Below, piece by piece: positions 1 through 9,604 of a stretch of DNA of 64,000 nucleotides (position 1 is its first letter; every line of letters begins with the position of its first letter). The stretch is taken from the sequence record MH359124; one strand, 5' to 3'. The notes below the pieces were generated by a model. That model had not been told where the DNA came from, made no database searches, and worked only from the letters and a program-made list of their open reading frames with translations. The position numbers were made by a program, and so were the translations under genes. The stretch is from Escherichia phage SF.

Positions 1-91
1 ATTTGAATGTCATGAACAAGGCATAAAAACTGCCAGACAATTTGCCGAGTTCATGAAAATAAAATTAGAGCCTACATCTATCTAATTTACT

Positions 92-120
92 AGCCCCTTC
101 CGAAAGGTTGGGGCTTTTTT
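92..120 (+). terminator. Rho-independent terminator (GC stem followed by T6)
   Basis: Seen in sequence: AGCCCC...GGGGCT stem followed by TTTTTT. Confidence 0.6.
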
Positions 121-130
121 GCATTTAGCA

Positions 131-182
131 GTTTACTTCTCCTCAGGTTGTGTTATAGTAGACCTTACTTACTAGAGGAGAA
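131..182 (+). promoter_or_regulatory. Early promoter cassette (GTTTAC -35, TATAGT -10) embedded in an 8-bp inverted repeat TTCTCCTC/GAGGAGAA that overlaps the SD
   Basis: Motifs read directly; same architecture recurs at 37926-37976 and 50631-50681. Confidence 0.55.
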
Positions 183-186
183 CGTT

Positions 187-366
187 ATGTCACGTAAAGA
201 AAAAATTTCTAAGTTAATGTTTTTAATTGAAGAGTACGCTAACGCTGTATCCGATTGGGAAAATGCCCACGGGTGTGAAGACGGTGATATCGATATCAAT
301 AAGGCAATGAAAAAGATGGCTGAAGCCCACACCGAATTGCAAATGTATGTTAACGAGATTATGTGA
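187..366 (+). CDS. Hypothetical protein (60 aa)
   Basis: ORF with GAGGAG SD 6 nt upstream of ATG at 187. Confidence 0.5.
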   Translation: MSRKEKISKLMFLIEEYANAVSDWENAHGCEDGDIDINKAMKKMAEAHTELQMYVNEIM

Positions 367-373
367 GGACATT

Positions 374-580
374 ATGCTTTACGATTATACCGGAAAATCT
401 GAAGACGGTGTACTTGAACTTTTACCTGAAAGCGCTGAAGATGATGATATGGTGGTGATGTTTTGTAAAAATGGTCCTGGGGATAAGGGATGGATTTATC
501 TTCGCCAAGAAAATGACTTAATTGTTTTGGACCCTAAACAAGTTGAAGAACTTTATCAACATTTAAAACACAATCGGTAG
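374..580 (+). CDS. Hypothetical protein
   Basis: ORF; internal ATG at 374 follows upstream stop, alternative start 347. Confidence 0.45.
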   Translation: MLYDYTGKSEDGVLELLPESAEDDDMVVMFCKNGPGDKGWIYLRQENDLIVLDPKQVEELYQHLKHNR

Positions 581-744
581 TTTACGACTTGGTAGGACTA
601 TGATATAGTAATCCTACCAAAACAAATGGAGAACAAAATGAAACTTTTGCTTATCGCTTATGTTGTAGTACAATACAATTATCCGATGTTTACTTATAAC
701 ATGGTAAACAGCATAGTGAATCTTATTGAAACGAGTATGGTAAA

Positions 745-924
745 ATGACACGTGAACAAGCTAATAAATTGATGGACCTTATCCGTGACTTACGTGAAGC
801 TGATTCAGATTTGAATGATGTAGCTTATCATGCGGTAAATGATAGCGGAGACTTTTACGAAAATCAGGTTGATGCTTGCCAGAATGCTTTGGTGAATTTT
901 GTTGAAACTTTAATTGGTGAATAA
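745..924 (+). CDS. Hypothetical small protein (59 aa, below ORF-track cutoff)
   Basis: Hand-translated MTREQANKLMDLIRDLREADSDLND... Confidence 0.4.
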   Translation: MTREQANKLMDLIRDLREADSDLNDVAYHAVNDSGDFYENQVDACQNALVNFVETLIGE

Positions 925-925
925 T

Positions 926-1456
926 ATGAAAACTGTAATTGAAACAACCGAGTTGTTTGGTGATTTATGTATTGAAAAACGTGGTTATGCTTACGTTCTG
1001 ACACAAGAAGACGATGCGGTTACTATTCTTCCTATGGAACTCGACAAGATTTTGAAACTCAATCCACCCGGCCATGCATCTGTAATTAACATTAACGAAG
1101 ACCTTCAAGTTCGTTTTTATCATGGACTTTATAGTGGGGTTAATATCGAAACTGAAGACGAATGTTTTTCTATTAATAATTGGAAAACATTCGTCACTAA
1201 GGTGAAAGAATTAATGGAATCTGAAACAGCCAAAAAGGCCAAACTTCAATGGGCTAAATGCCGTAATGCTTTTATTACAAATCAGGACCGCCCTGACTAT
1301 ACAACAGTCCTAGGCGTTAATCCTTCTTATGAAGATGGTGATGTCGTAGTTATTCGTCAAATTGATGACCTTCGTCAACATATCATTACATTAGACAAAG
1401 ATGAAGCAGTTGCTCTTAAAGCTTATCTTGATTCTATTATCCCGACTTTGAAATAA
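926..1456 (+). CDS. Hypothetical protein
   Basis: ORF; ATG at 926 preferred over TTG at 914. Confidence 0.55.
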   Translation: MKTVIETTELFGDLCIEKRGYAYVLTQEDDAVTILPMELDKILKLNPPGHASVININEDLQVRFYHGLYSGVNIETEDECFSINNWKTFVTKVKELMESETAKKAKLQWAKCRNAFITNQDRPDYTTVLGVNPSYEDGDVVVIRQIDDLRQHIITLDKDEAVALKAYLDSIIPTLK

Positions 1457-1465
1457 GGAATTATT

Positions 1466-1939
1466 ATGATTATCAATGAAAACTCTTGGCACTTTAAAAT
1501 TTATGCCGCGTTCAATAGTACATGGAATCGCCCGAAAACGTTGTGTGCTTATTTTTGGAAAACGTTAATCCCGGTATTGTCTGTTTCAATTATCGGATTT
1601 GCGATTTTAGCAGCAGTCGTAATCATTGGCCAGGAAATTTTAACTAAATTCTTTGTTTTTAGCAGTTTATGGACATTAGTTCCAGCCTCAATTGGCGTAG
1701 GCGTTTTAATGGTAGCAGTCATGGCTTTTATTGCTACCGGGTTGGTAATTGGTCCGTCTTGGTTGTTAGACAAATATAACGACAGAAAATATTATAAAGA
1801 AATTGAGTTCATTGCGCAAAACCAAGAACGAATTAAAAATGGACTTGAGCCTATTGAACGTAAGAAATCATTAATAGGCGAATACCTTAAAGCTCGTAAA
1901 GAAAAAGTCTGTCCTACTCTTGAATATAAGGCTAAATGA
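1466..1939 (+). CDS. Hypothetical integral membrane protein
   Basis: Several hydrophobic segments in translation. Confidence 0.55.
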   Translation: MIINENSWHFKIYAAFNSTWNRPKTLCAYFWKTLIPVLSVSIIGFAILAAVVIIGQEILTKFFVFSSLWTLVPASIGVGVLMVAVMAFIATGLVIGPSWLLDKYNDRKYYKEIEFIAQNQERIKNGLEPIERKKSLIGEYLKARKEKVCPTLEYKAK

Positions 1940-2925
1940 TGAAAACAATTATGAAAGGCTACTTTGGTAGCCACCTTTATGGAACGTCTACTCCTGAATC
2001 TGACGTCGATTTTAAAGAAATTTATGTCCCTCATGCTCGTGATATCTTGACCGGTAACGTTAAAGAACACATGAGCAAGAACACGAATAACACATCTTCT
2101 AAGAACACAAAAGACGACGTGGACCACGAGTTGTATAGTCTCAAATATTTCTTTAAACTAGCTATGGATGGTGAAACTGTCGCATTAGATATGCTTCACA
2201 CTCCGCAAAGTCTAGTAGTTAAATCTGATTTGCCTGACATGTGGAAGTATATTCAAGACAACAGGTCTCGTTTCTATACCACTAACATGAAATCTTATTT
2301 AGGGTATGTCCGTAAGCAAGCTTCTAAATACGGTGTCAAGGGTTCTCGACTGGCTATTCTTCGTCAAGCCCTTAAACGTTCTAATGAATGGGGTCAATAC
2401 TTTGATAATGGTGCAGTAATTCGTTTATCACATATGAAGAATGTTCTGCCCGTAGGTGAATTTGCTTCGTGGGTTGAAACCGAAAACGAGAAAACAGGTA
2501 AGCAAACGTTCTATAATCTGTTAGACCGTAAATTCCAAGACACATTAACCAATAAAGAGTTCAATGCCATCCTGGTTAAACTGGAAGAGAACTATGGCGA
2601 ACGTGCTCGTAAGGCAGAAGCTAACGAAGGTATTGACTGGAAAGCATTGAGTCATGCATGTCGTGGTGGACTTCAACTATTAGAAATTTATAAAACCGGC
2701 GACCTGGTTTACCCACTTCGGGATGCTCCATTTATTCTAGATGTTAAGCTTGGTAAACATACGTTTAAAACTGTACAAGAATTCCTAGAAGATATCGTTG
2801 ACCAAGTTGAACAAGCATCAGAACAAGCTGCCAAGAACGGTATGCAACAAAAAGTAGATATGAGTTTCTGGGATGATTTCCTTGAGCAAGTCTACTTAGA
2901 AAACCACAATTCGTACTATAAATGA
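1936..2925 (+). CDS. Predicted nucleotidyltransferase-fold protein (GS-x9-DxD motif)
   Basis: N-terminal GSHLYGTSTPESDVD resembles the Pol-beta-type NTase signature; rest unassigned. Confidence 0.45.
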   Translation: MMKTIMKGYFGSHLYGTSTPESDVDFKEIYVPHARDILTGNVKEHMSKNTNNTSSKNTKDDVDHELYSLKYFFKLAMDGETVALDMLHTPQSLVVKSDLPDMWKYIQDNRSRFYTTNMKSYLGYVRKQASKYGVKGSRLAILRQALKRSNEWGQYFDNGAVIRLSHMKNVLPVGEFASWVETENEKTGKQTFYNLLDRKFQDTLTNKEFNAILVKLEENYGERARKAEANEGIDWKALSHACRGGLQLLEIYKTGDLVYPLRDAPFILDVKLGKHTFKTVQEFLEDIVDQVEQASEQAAKNGMQQKVDMSFWDDFLEQVYLENHNSYYK

Positions 2926-2926
2926 T

Positions 2927-2947
2927 AAGGGCCTTCGGGCCCTTTAG
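2927..2947 (+). terminator. UUCG-tetraloop hairpin (GGGCC-TTCG-GGCCC), terminator or RNA stability element
   Basis: Seen in sequence. Confidence 0.5.
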
Positions 2948-3031
2948 GGGGTCAAAATATTTTTAAAAAGTAGTGTACATGCTTTTAGGATATGTTATTA
3001 TAGACATATCAAAACAAGAGGAGAAAACAAA

Positions 3032-3250
3032 ATGAAAACCAAAATGTTAGAAATGATTCGTGAAGCTGGTGATAAAGGTCTTATGGTTAACACTCGTGAT
3101 GCAGACCAACGTCAAGCATTCGGTGAACTGAAATCCAAAGGTCTGGTTAAAGCATCCTTGGGAATCGGTAATGCATTACGAGTCACTTTGACTCCTGCTG
3201 GTAAAGCAGTGTTCTTTCAACCTCTTACCAAAAAATCTCGTCGCAAATAA
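3032..3250 (+). CDS. Hypothetical protein (72 aa)
   Basis: ORF with GAGGAG SD. Confidence 0.5.
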   Translation: MKTKMLEMIREAGDKGLMVNTRDADQRQAFGELKSKGLVKASLGIGNALRVTLTPAGKAVFFQPLTKKSRRK

Positions 3251-3252
3251 TT

Positions 3253-3284
3253 GTTTACTTTTGCTTTAAACGTGTTATTATAGA
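3253..3284 (+). promoter_or_regulatory. T4-type early promoter (GTTTAC -35, TATTATAG -10)
   Basis: Consensus-like motifs; member of repeated ...tattatagacctatc... cassette family. Confidence 0.55.
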
Positions 3285-3320
3285 CCTATCGAAACGAAAT
3301 GAGTAAATTTGGAGAATAAA

Positions 3321-4301
3321 ATGTTCAACGTTCAAATCAAAAAAGGTATCTATCGTAATAACGAAATCTCTGGTTCTTATGTTGCCACAAAGACCTGGTT
3401 CCCGGCAAAGCTTAATCCTGAATGTTCCCACTTAGGTGATGGTAAAATTTTCGTTATGATTGATGGTTCTGAACGTGGAGTATGGGTCTTCAAATCAGAC
3501 ATCGTAATGGAAGGAGCTGAGACATCACCAGTTGCAGTTGTTGAAAGCACTGAAGATATGAAAACTCGTATCAACAAACGCTTTAAAGTAATGAGCATGA
3601 TGACGAATGGCATTATCGATGGCAAAATTCGTTCACTCATTATTTCAGGTGCAGCTGGTATTGGTAAGACGTATTCTCTGGATAAAGCACTTAATAATGC
3701 TAATGATAACGGTTTCATCAAATACAAAAGCATTAATGGTAAAATCTCTGGTATTGGCCTTTACGAACAACTTTGGCTCAACCGTGATGCAGACAGCGTT
3801 CTCTTAATCGACGACGTTGATGTATTCTCGGATATGGACATCTTGAACCTTCTTAAAGCAGCATTAGATACCGGTGATAAACGCAAAGTTTGTTGGAGCA
3901 CTGCGTCATCTTATCTCGATGATAAGGGTATTGATAAAGAATTTGAGTTTGAAGGTACTATCGTTTTCATTACAAACGTTGATATCGATAAAGAGTTAGA
4001 ACGCGGTTCGAAACTTGCTCCGCACCTTCAAGCTTTAGTATCTCGTTCAGTGTATCTCGACCTTGGAGTACACTCTAATGAAGAGATTATGGTTCGAGTT
4101 GAAGATGTAATATTATCTACTGACATGATGCAGAAACGTGGTCTGACGGATGCAGAAACGTATAAAGCATTGTCCTGGATGAAGGCTAACGTATCTCGTC
4201 TTCGCAATGTATCATTACGTACGGCTCTTTATGTAGCAGATTTTATTTCAACTGATAAAGACGGTTGGGAGGAAATCTCTGAAGTTACACTTCTGAAATA
4301 A
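3321..4301 (+). CDS. Predicted P-loop NTPase (Walker A GAAGIGKT, Walker B LLIDDVD)
   Basis: Motifs in translation; ATG at 3321 with GGAG SD. Confidence 0.5.
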   Translation: MFNVQIKKGIYRNNEISGSYVATKTWFPAKLNPECSHLGDGKIFVMIDGSERGVWVFKSDIVMEGAETSPVAVVESTEDMKTRINKRFKVMSMMTNGIIDGKIRSLIISGAAGIGKTYSLDKALNNANDNGFIKYKSINGKISGIGLYEQLWLNRDADSVLLIDDVDVFSDMDILNLLKAALDTGDKRKVCWSTASSYLDDKGIDKEFEFEGTIVFITNVDIDKELERGSKLAPHLQALVSRSVYLDLGVHSNEEIMVRVEDVILSTDMMQKRGLTDAETYKALSWMKANVSRLRNVSLRTALYVADFISTDKDGWEEISEVTLLK

Positions 4302-4311
4302 AGGTGAAATT

Positions 4312-4653
4312 ATGTTTGAACAATTTATTTACAATCTTTATAACGCAGGTCAGACTTTTTCCAAAGCTATGAAACAATCCGTCGAGGACTATGATAAAGA
4401 AGTTATCAACGGATATACCAATAGAGTTTATAAAACCGATTGTGAAGAAGGAGACTACAAGAGACTGCTCTTGGCCGCGAAGACTCAGGCCTTAATAAAT
4501 CTAGACCGAAAGCAGGTAAAGTTGGCAGGCGACTTCCGAGGTGAACTCTGCGCCATCAGGAATGAATATCGCATTCGTATCGAACACCAACGGAAAAATA
4601 CTACCCAATCCGCTTGGTTCAGTGGAAAAAATACCGAAAAAAGTTTCTTTTAG
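4312..4653 (+). CDS. Hypothetical protein
   Basis: ORF. Confidence 0.5.
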   Translation: MFEQFIYNLYNAGQTFSKAMKQSVEDYDKEVINGYTNRVYKTDCEEGDYKRLLLAAKTQALINLDRKQVKLAGDFRGELCAIRNEYRIRIEHQRKNTTQSAWFSGKNTEKSFF

Positions 4654-4655
4654 TT

Positions 4656-4686
4656 GTTTACAAGGTCTATGGTTATGTTATTATAG
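4656..4686 (+). promoter_or_regulatory. T4-type early promoter
   Basis: GTTTAC ... TATTATAG spacing. Confidence 0.5.
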
Positions 4687-4711
4687 ACCTATCAACTACT
4701 GGAGGTAAAAC

Positions 4712-5239
4712 ATGAACGCTAAAGATATTTTCAACCTGGTAAATTATAACGACGGTAAATTTAAATCTGAAGCACAAAGCAAGTTCTTTAATGACGTTGC
4801 TTATGGTAACGAGATTACCGTGGACGGAGGTCAGATTTTCAAATCTCGTTGGAATTGGATTGCTATCATCGATTCAGTTGGAATTGTGGAAGTCTACAAA
4901 AACACTAACAAAAAACGTACATTATTCTGGTCTCGTGAAACTAACGAGCAGTACAAAAAGGATAAAGCATCTCGTTTATCCAAAGTAACCCAGGAAGATA
5001 TCGAGTTTATCAAGAAAGATATCGAGATGTACGAAAATTTAATCGCTGAAGACCAGGCAGTACTCGATAAGTTTGATGAAATTAAAGCTTCTCGTGAAAT
5101 CCCTGACTTCATGAAAGAAACAGTAAACGAACGATACGCTCTCACTTCAGAACGTATTGCAAACTATACAAAACAGAAAGCAGAACGTATTAGTACTCTT
5201 CGGAAATTTGAAGAACGTTTAAAGACGGTTCACGCATAA
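4712..5239 (+). CDS. Hypothetical protein
   Basis: ORF with GGAGG SD. Confidence 0.5.
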   Translation: MNAKDIFNLVNYNDGKFKSEAQSKFFNDVAYGNEITVDGGQIFKSRWNWIAIIDSVGIVEVYKNTNKKRTLFWSRETNEQYKKDKASRLSKVTQEDIEFIKKDIEMYENLIAEDQAVLDKFDEIKASREIPDFMKETVNERYALTSERIANYTKQKAERISTLRKFEERLKTVHA

Positions 5240-5301
5240 ACGCTTTACCCAAGGACGGGTTATAATGGTTTTGAGTTCTAATTCAATCTGAGGAAATAGT
5301 T

Positions 5302-6297
5302 ATGAGCATTACATCTGATGCGGTAAAACATGAAATTAACGGTTTATGTGCTTCACAGATTAAAGTGTGGTTTAAAGACCATAATGATCGCAGAGCACTT
5401 AATTATGAGCAAATTGCTATCCAAGTTCATCAATTACTGACTAGTAAATTTGATTTTCATATGCCGTCTGAAATCTATACTAATCTGCCGCGAGCACTTA
5501 TTAAAGCGTGTAAAGGTTACGGAAAATCAATGGCCGATGGAATCTTCAGCGCGCTGAATAAACTTAACGTTCTGTCGATGATTAACTCTAACAACATTCT
5601 GCGTAATCTAGGACGTACCGATTTGTTCGGTCGTGAACAGTGTAAAATGCCTTTGAAATGGATTGTTGCTCATCTTAACGAGAACCAAACACGTTTTATG
5701 GCCGTATCAGCACGCTTACAAATGGGCCTAGATCGTCAGATGAACTTTAAAACTCATCCACGTTATTCAGGTTCAACAGACTTTTATAAATGTGAGCTTC
5801 AAAAGGTTGGTGGCAAAACTGTCTTAGTAGTTCGTGTAACGTTTGAAGGACGACGTCAAGGATATTTTGACATAATCGGCTCTGGACTTAAACATTGTGG
5901 ATTTATCGACGAAGTTGATATCAAGCGAGACGGCATTGGATACCGTATTGGATATGTTTGTACTCTTAAAGAAGAGATTTCAGGGCCAGCACCAGGACTA
6001 AAAGACGTTAGATATAAAGACGAGCTCGTTGAAGAAATAAAAGAAGTTGAATATGATATCAACCAAGAAGATGCTCTTAAAGACCTTATTGATGAACTGA
6101 ACCAAGACGTTATTCCTGTTCAGAAATTTGAATCAAAACATGCTGAGCAAATCAAATATTTTGAAGCTTTGATTAACGAACTTAATGTAACTATTCAACA
6201 GACTGACGATGAAATCTCACGATTAGCAGGCTTAAACGGTAAAAATAAAACAGAACGAGCTAATCTTATTCAAGTAGTAAAACTTCTTAAGGAATGA
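5302..6297 (+). CDS. Hypothetical protein with C-terminal coiled coil
   Basis: ORF; heptad-like C-terminus. Confidence 0.55.
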   Translation: MSITSDAVKHEINGLCASQIKVWFKDHNDRRALNYEQIAIQVHQLLTSKFDFHMPSEIYTNLPRALIKACKGYGKSMADGIFSALNKLNVLSMINSNNILRNLGRTDLFGREQCKMPLKWIVAHLNENQTRFMAVSARLQMGLDRQMNFKTHPRYSGSTDFYKCELQKVGGKTVLVVRVTFEGRRQGYFDIIGSGLKHCGFIDEVDIKRDGIGYRIGYVCTLKEEISGPAPGLKDVRYKDELVEEIKEVEYDINQEDALKDLIDELNQDVIPVQKFESKHAEQIKYFEALINELNVTIQQTDDEISRLAGLNGKNKTERANLIQVVKLLKE

Positions 6298-6352
6298 TGT
6301 ACAACCAAGGATGGTTAGAGTATAATAAATTTTTCAACATGAGGAATATAAA

Positions 6353-7312
6353 ATGGCTTCTATTACACGTAGAGAACTTATCAAAGAATTTACCTCGAAC
6401 GCATATACCCCAGGTCCTAATCCTATCCGTATGCCTGTAAAGACTCCTGAAGAGATTGAGGAAGTCTGTTCATATTATGGGATTACTTCTCGTAAGTTTA
6501 CTCAATTTGAATGCGTTACTAACACACCCGTTAAAGAGTTCATTAAAAATGGTGAGTTCAGCCGTTTATTAGCCAAACAGAAACTTCGTAATTTTTGTAT
6601 CGGCGGCTACGGACAATATTTTGCTAAACAGTTCAGAAATAACCTTAACAATCTGATGGCCATTGCTTCTCGTATTCGTCCTCAAGCAATTAACATGAAA
6701 CGTTTGAAATATACTTACGATAAGTTAGAAATCATGGTTATCAGCGAGAACGAGTTCACTCTTACGTATAAACCTAAGAATGATAACGTTGCTCGTGTAT
6801 TCCACCAAGCGTTGGAAGTGTTAGGTGATAATATCCACCAGATTAAAGCAATTTATTCTCGTGAGCTTAATATTATCGACCCTATCAAGAATAAGGGCCA
6901 TATCGCTATCCAGGCTCGTGTATCTATTGGTAAAAAGGTTCCTGCGCCATGGTGGCACAAAGACTCTGAATACTATCAAAATCTTAAAAAGGAAAATGCA
7001 TTGTTTGAAGCATCGCTTACTGGGACCCCAATTGAACAGGCCGAAGTCCTAAGTGCTTATTCTACTTCGGGTAAATCAATGTTTAAAGGTTTGCCAAATG
7101 TGTGCAAACTGTCTGCAGTAAAACTAAATGTTTCTAATGACCTTCTTCCGGCCGAAGATTACCATTACAATCAAATCAAGGCCACTGTGGGCCAACTGTC
7201 TGTTGAACTTGACAAAGCACAAGCTAAGCTTCGTGATGCTCAACAAGTAGTTACCAAGCTCCAGTTGCAGTACTCTAAACTTTTTAACGCAATGAATGCA
7301 TTAAAATCATAA
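6353..7312 (+). CDS. Hypothetical protein with C-terminal coiled coil
   Basis: ORF; heptad-like C-terminus. Confidence 0.55.
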   Translation: MASITRRELIKEFTSNAYTPGPNPIRMPVKTPEEIEEVCSYYGITSRKFTQFECVTNTPVKEFIKNGEFSRLLAKQKLRNFCIGGYGQYFAKQFRNNLNNLMAIASRIRPQAINMKRLKYTYDKLEIMVISENEFTLTYKPKNDNVARVFHQALEVLGDNIHQIKAIYSRELNIIDPIKNKGHIAIQARVSIGKKVPAPWWHKDSEYYQNLKKENALFEASLTGTPIEQAEVLSAYSTSGKSMFKGLPNVCKLSAVKLNVSNDLLPAEDYHYNQIKATVGQLSVELDKAQAKLRDAQQVVTKLQLQYSKLFNAMNALKS

Positions 7313-7360
7313 ATCAGTTTACAACCAAGGACGGTTGGAGTATAATCTTTCTATCTTAAC
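7311..7360 (+). repeat. 50-bp promoter cassette (PeSL-like), identical copy at 49117-49166
   Basis: Base-by-base comparison of both loci; contains GTTTAC and TATAAT. Confidence 0.8.
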
Positions 7361-7374
7361 GAGAGGAAAATATT

Positions 7375-8319
7375 ATGACACGTTCACATTACATTGATTA
7401 TTTTGCAGGTCTTATCGCTAACGTTCATGCCCAACGTGCTTCTGGTTCATTAGGATTTGATGTTCCACACAGAGTTGTAGTAAGTGACATTCTTCGCGAT
7501 TTTGGTACATACACAGGCCAAGAAAATCATATCTGTAAAGATACTCAGAATGCATATTCTCATTCATTAGGGACACTGCTTCAATGGTTTAAACGTTCTC
7601 GTTTATTATCTTCTACTGTAGCTCGTGATAACATTAAAAACTTTATGAAGCCGAGCTTTATTAAATCTGTGACATCTAAAATTGATTTAGTTGAATTTAC
7701 TATTATTAACGATGTTAAAAAGACTCATTTGGCTGATTGGTTATCTACCATTCCTGAAACTAAATTTGCTGATAAATTTGCTTGTGAATTCAATAACCAA
7801 GTGAATATGCTTTTTAAACATTCACGTAAATTATTCACAGGCGGTGATGGACGCACAAATAAAGTTCATGTTAAAGATTGGGTTACTGCAGTATTCAAAC
7901 CAACTGGTAATGGTAACGCATCATTGTCAATTGATATCCAGGTTCCTTATTACTACTCACGTAATCTCGGTACCATGAAAGCCGAAGAAATTAATAAGCA
8001 CAACAAAACTATTCGTTCGTTGTCTTATAAACTTCGTATGATGTTACAGACTATGGATGTTGTTGAAATGTTCAGCGAAACCGAAGATAACGGTTCAATG
8101 TTATTCAGTTCTCGTATTCAAATTAAGCTGAAGAACCCTAATGTGTTTAAGCCTATTAAAGAACCTAAAGCAGAAAAGGTTGATATCATGGCTGAAGAAC
8201 GTGAGTACCTCAAATCTCGTCTGAAAGAAGTCGAAGCCCAGATTGCAGAACAAACTAAATCGTTAAAAGCTCTGAATGCGAAAGCGGACGGTTTACGAAA
8301 TGCCATTGAGGTTTTATAA
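7375..8319 (+). CDS. Hypothetical protein with C-terminal coiled coil
   Basis: ORF. Confidence 0.55.
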   Translation: MTRSHYIDYFAGLIANVHAQRASGSLGFDVPHRVVVSDILRDFGTYTGQENHICKDTQNAYSHSLGTLLQWFKRSRLLSSTVARDNIKNFMKPSFIKSVTSKIDLVEFTIINDVKKTHLADWLSTIPETKFADKFACEFNNQVNMLFKHSRKLFTGGDGRTNKVHVKDWVTAVFKPTGNGNASLSIDIQVPYYYSRNLGTMKAEEINKHNKTIRSLSYKLRMMLQTMDVVEMFSETEDNGSMLFSSRIQIKLKNPNVFKPIKEPKAEKVDIMAEEREYLKSRLKEVEAQIAEQTKSLKALNAKADGLRNAIEVL

Positions 8320-8624
8320 TGAAACTACGTCTTTTAGAGGATATTGACATGAGCACTAATCATGGCTTGGTTAAGTTTATTGACGATAGTTCAAAGATTG
8401 AATTTGTTCAGCGAGATAAAATCCACGGTGAAGAAGAGTTCGTTCCTCCGGCATGGAACGAAATAATGAAAATGGTTGAACGACGTGAAAATGCTGCCAA
8501 ATCGGCAGCAAAACATCCATGCCCGGAATGTGGAACTATCCAAGTCCAACTGGTTAACTGGACCACTGATAACTTGAAATTGAAATGCCGTAAATGCTTC
8601 CACAAATTTGAGAGAACATTATAA
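8319..8624 (+). CDS. Hypothetical zinc-ribbon protein (CPEC...CRKC)
   Basis: Two CxxC pairs in C-terminus. Confidence 0.5.
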   Translation: MKLRLLEDIDMSTNHGLVKFIDDSSKIEFVQRDKIHGEEEFVPPAWNEIMKMVERRENAAKSAAKHPCPECGTIQVQLVNWTTDNLKLKCRKCFHKFERTL

Positions 8625-9037
8625 TGAGATATAGCCTTCGTTGTTTTATTATAGCTTTAGTTTTTGCCATCATTCCATTCATTTGGAACAGCCAGAATAC
8701 TTACATGGAAACTAAAGTAATTCCTGTGGAGGTAGTGGAATTAATTTCAGGACAATCTACAGGAAAATATTCTAAATTAGAATTTATTGCCGTCTATAAA
8801 GATGAGCAAGGACGAGTTTTTGACAGGCATGTATCACCGTCGTTTTATACGCTTCTGAATAAAGGTGATACGATAGCTATAGAAATTCGTGAGATGGATA
8901 TCAAACAAACTACTAAAAATAACTTAATTTGGTTCTTTGGTACAGTGTTGTTGGTTTCTATCTGTATCACAGGTTTTATTACATGTATTGTATTTGGCGT
9001 TGCATATTTAATCGATGAAAGGAAAAATAATGTTTAA
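8624..9037 (+). CDS. Hypothetical membrane protein (N- and C-terminal TM segments)
   Basis: Hydrophobic segments. Confidence 0.5.
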   Translation: MRYSLRCFIIALVFAIIPFIWNSQNTYMETKVIPVEVVELISGQSTGKYSKLEFIAVYKDEQGRVFDRHVSPSFYTLLNKGDTIAIEIREMDIKQTTKNNLIWFFGTVLLVSICITGFITCIVFGVAYLIDERKNNV

Positions 9038-9293
9038 AGTGTACGGGTATGACTCTACTATTCATAAATGCATTTATTGTGATAATGCGAAACGATTGCT
9101 GACTGTTAAGAAACAACCATTCGAATTCATTAATGTTATGCCGGAAAAAGGTGTGTTCGATGATGAGAAAATTGCTGAGCTTCTGGTTAAGCTTGGACGT
9201 GAATCACAAGTCGGATTGACTATGCCTCAAGTGTTTGCTCCTGATGGAAGTCACATTGGTGGATTTGACCAACTACGAGAATATTTTAAATGA
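9030..9293 (+). CDS. nrdC: Glutaredoxin/thioredoxin NrdC
   Basis: MFKVYGYD...CIYCDNAK... closely matches T4 NrdC as I recall it; CxxC active site. Confidence 0.9.
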   Translation: MFKVYGYDSTIHKCIYCDNAKRLLTVKKQPFEFINVMPEKGVFDDEKIAELLVKLGRESQVGLTMPQVFAPDGSHIGGFDQLREYFK

Positions 9294-9586
9294 ATATCGA
9301 TTTAACTTTCCCAGGCCCTTATGACCGGAACGAATTAGAAACTTTGTTATATCAAGAAATGTGCTCTCGTGCTAAGAACGATATTCAGTATGCTATTGAT
9401 AATCCATGGGGCGAATTTCGGGTAATGATGGGTAATAGAATCATCGGTGTCCAATGGCGATTCGTTGGCCTTGAGCCTGAGGACTATGAAGAAAACGAGC
9501 ATGGTGACTGGATTCCTGTTGGTGAATACCACTGGGAATACGGTGGTCCTGACTTCGAAGTTTCCTGTGCATGGGTAGAACAATAA
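9290..9586 (+). CDS. Hypothetical protein
   Basis: ORF, start overlaps upstream stop. Confidence 0.5.
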   Translation: MNIDLTFPGPYDRNELETLLYQEMCSRAKNDIQYAIDNPWGEFRVMMGNRIIGVQWRFVGLEPEDYEENEHGDWIPVGEYHWEYGGPDFEVSCAWVEQ

Positions 9587-9604
9587 CCTGCGAGAATATT
9601 TTAA

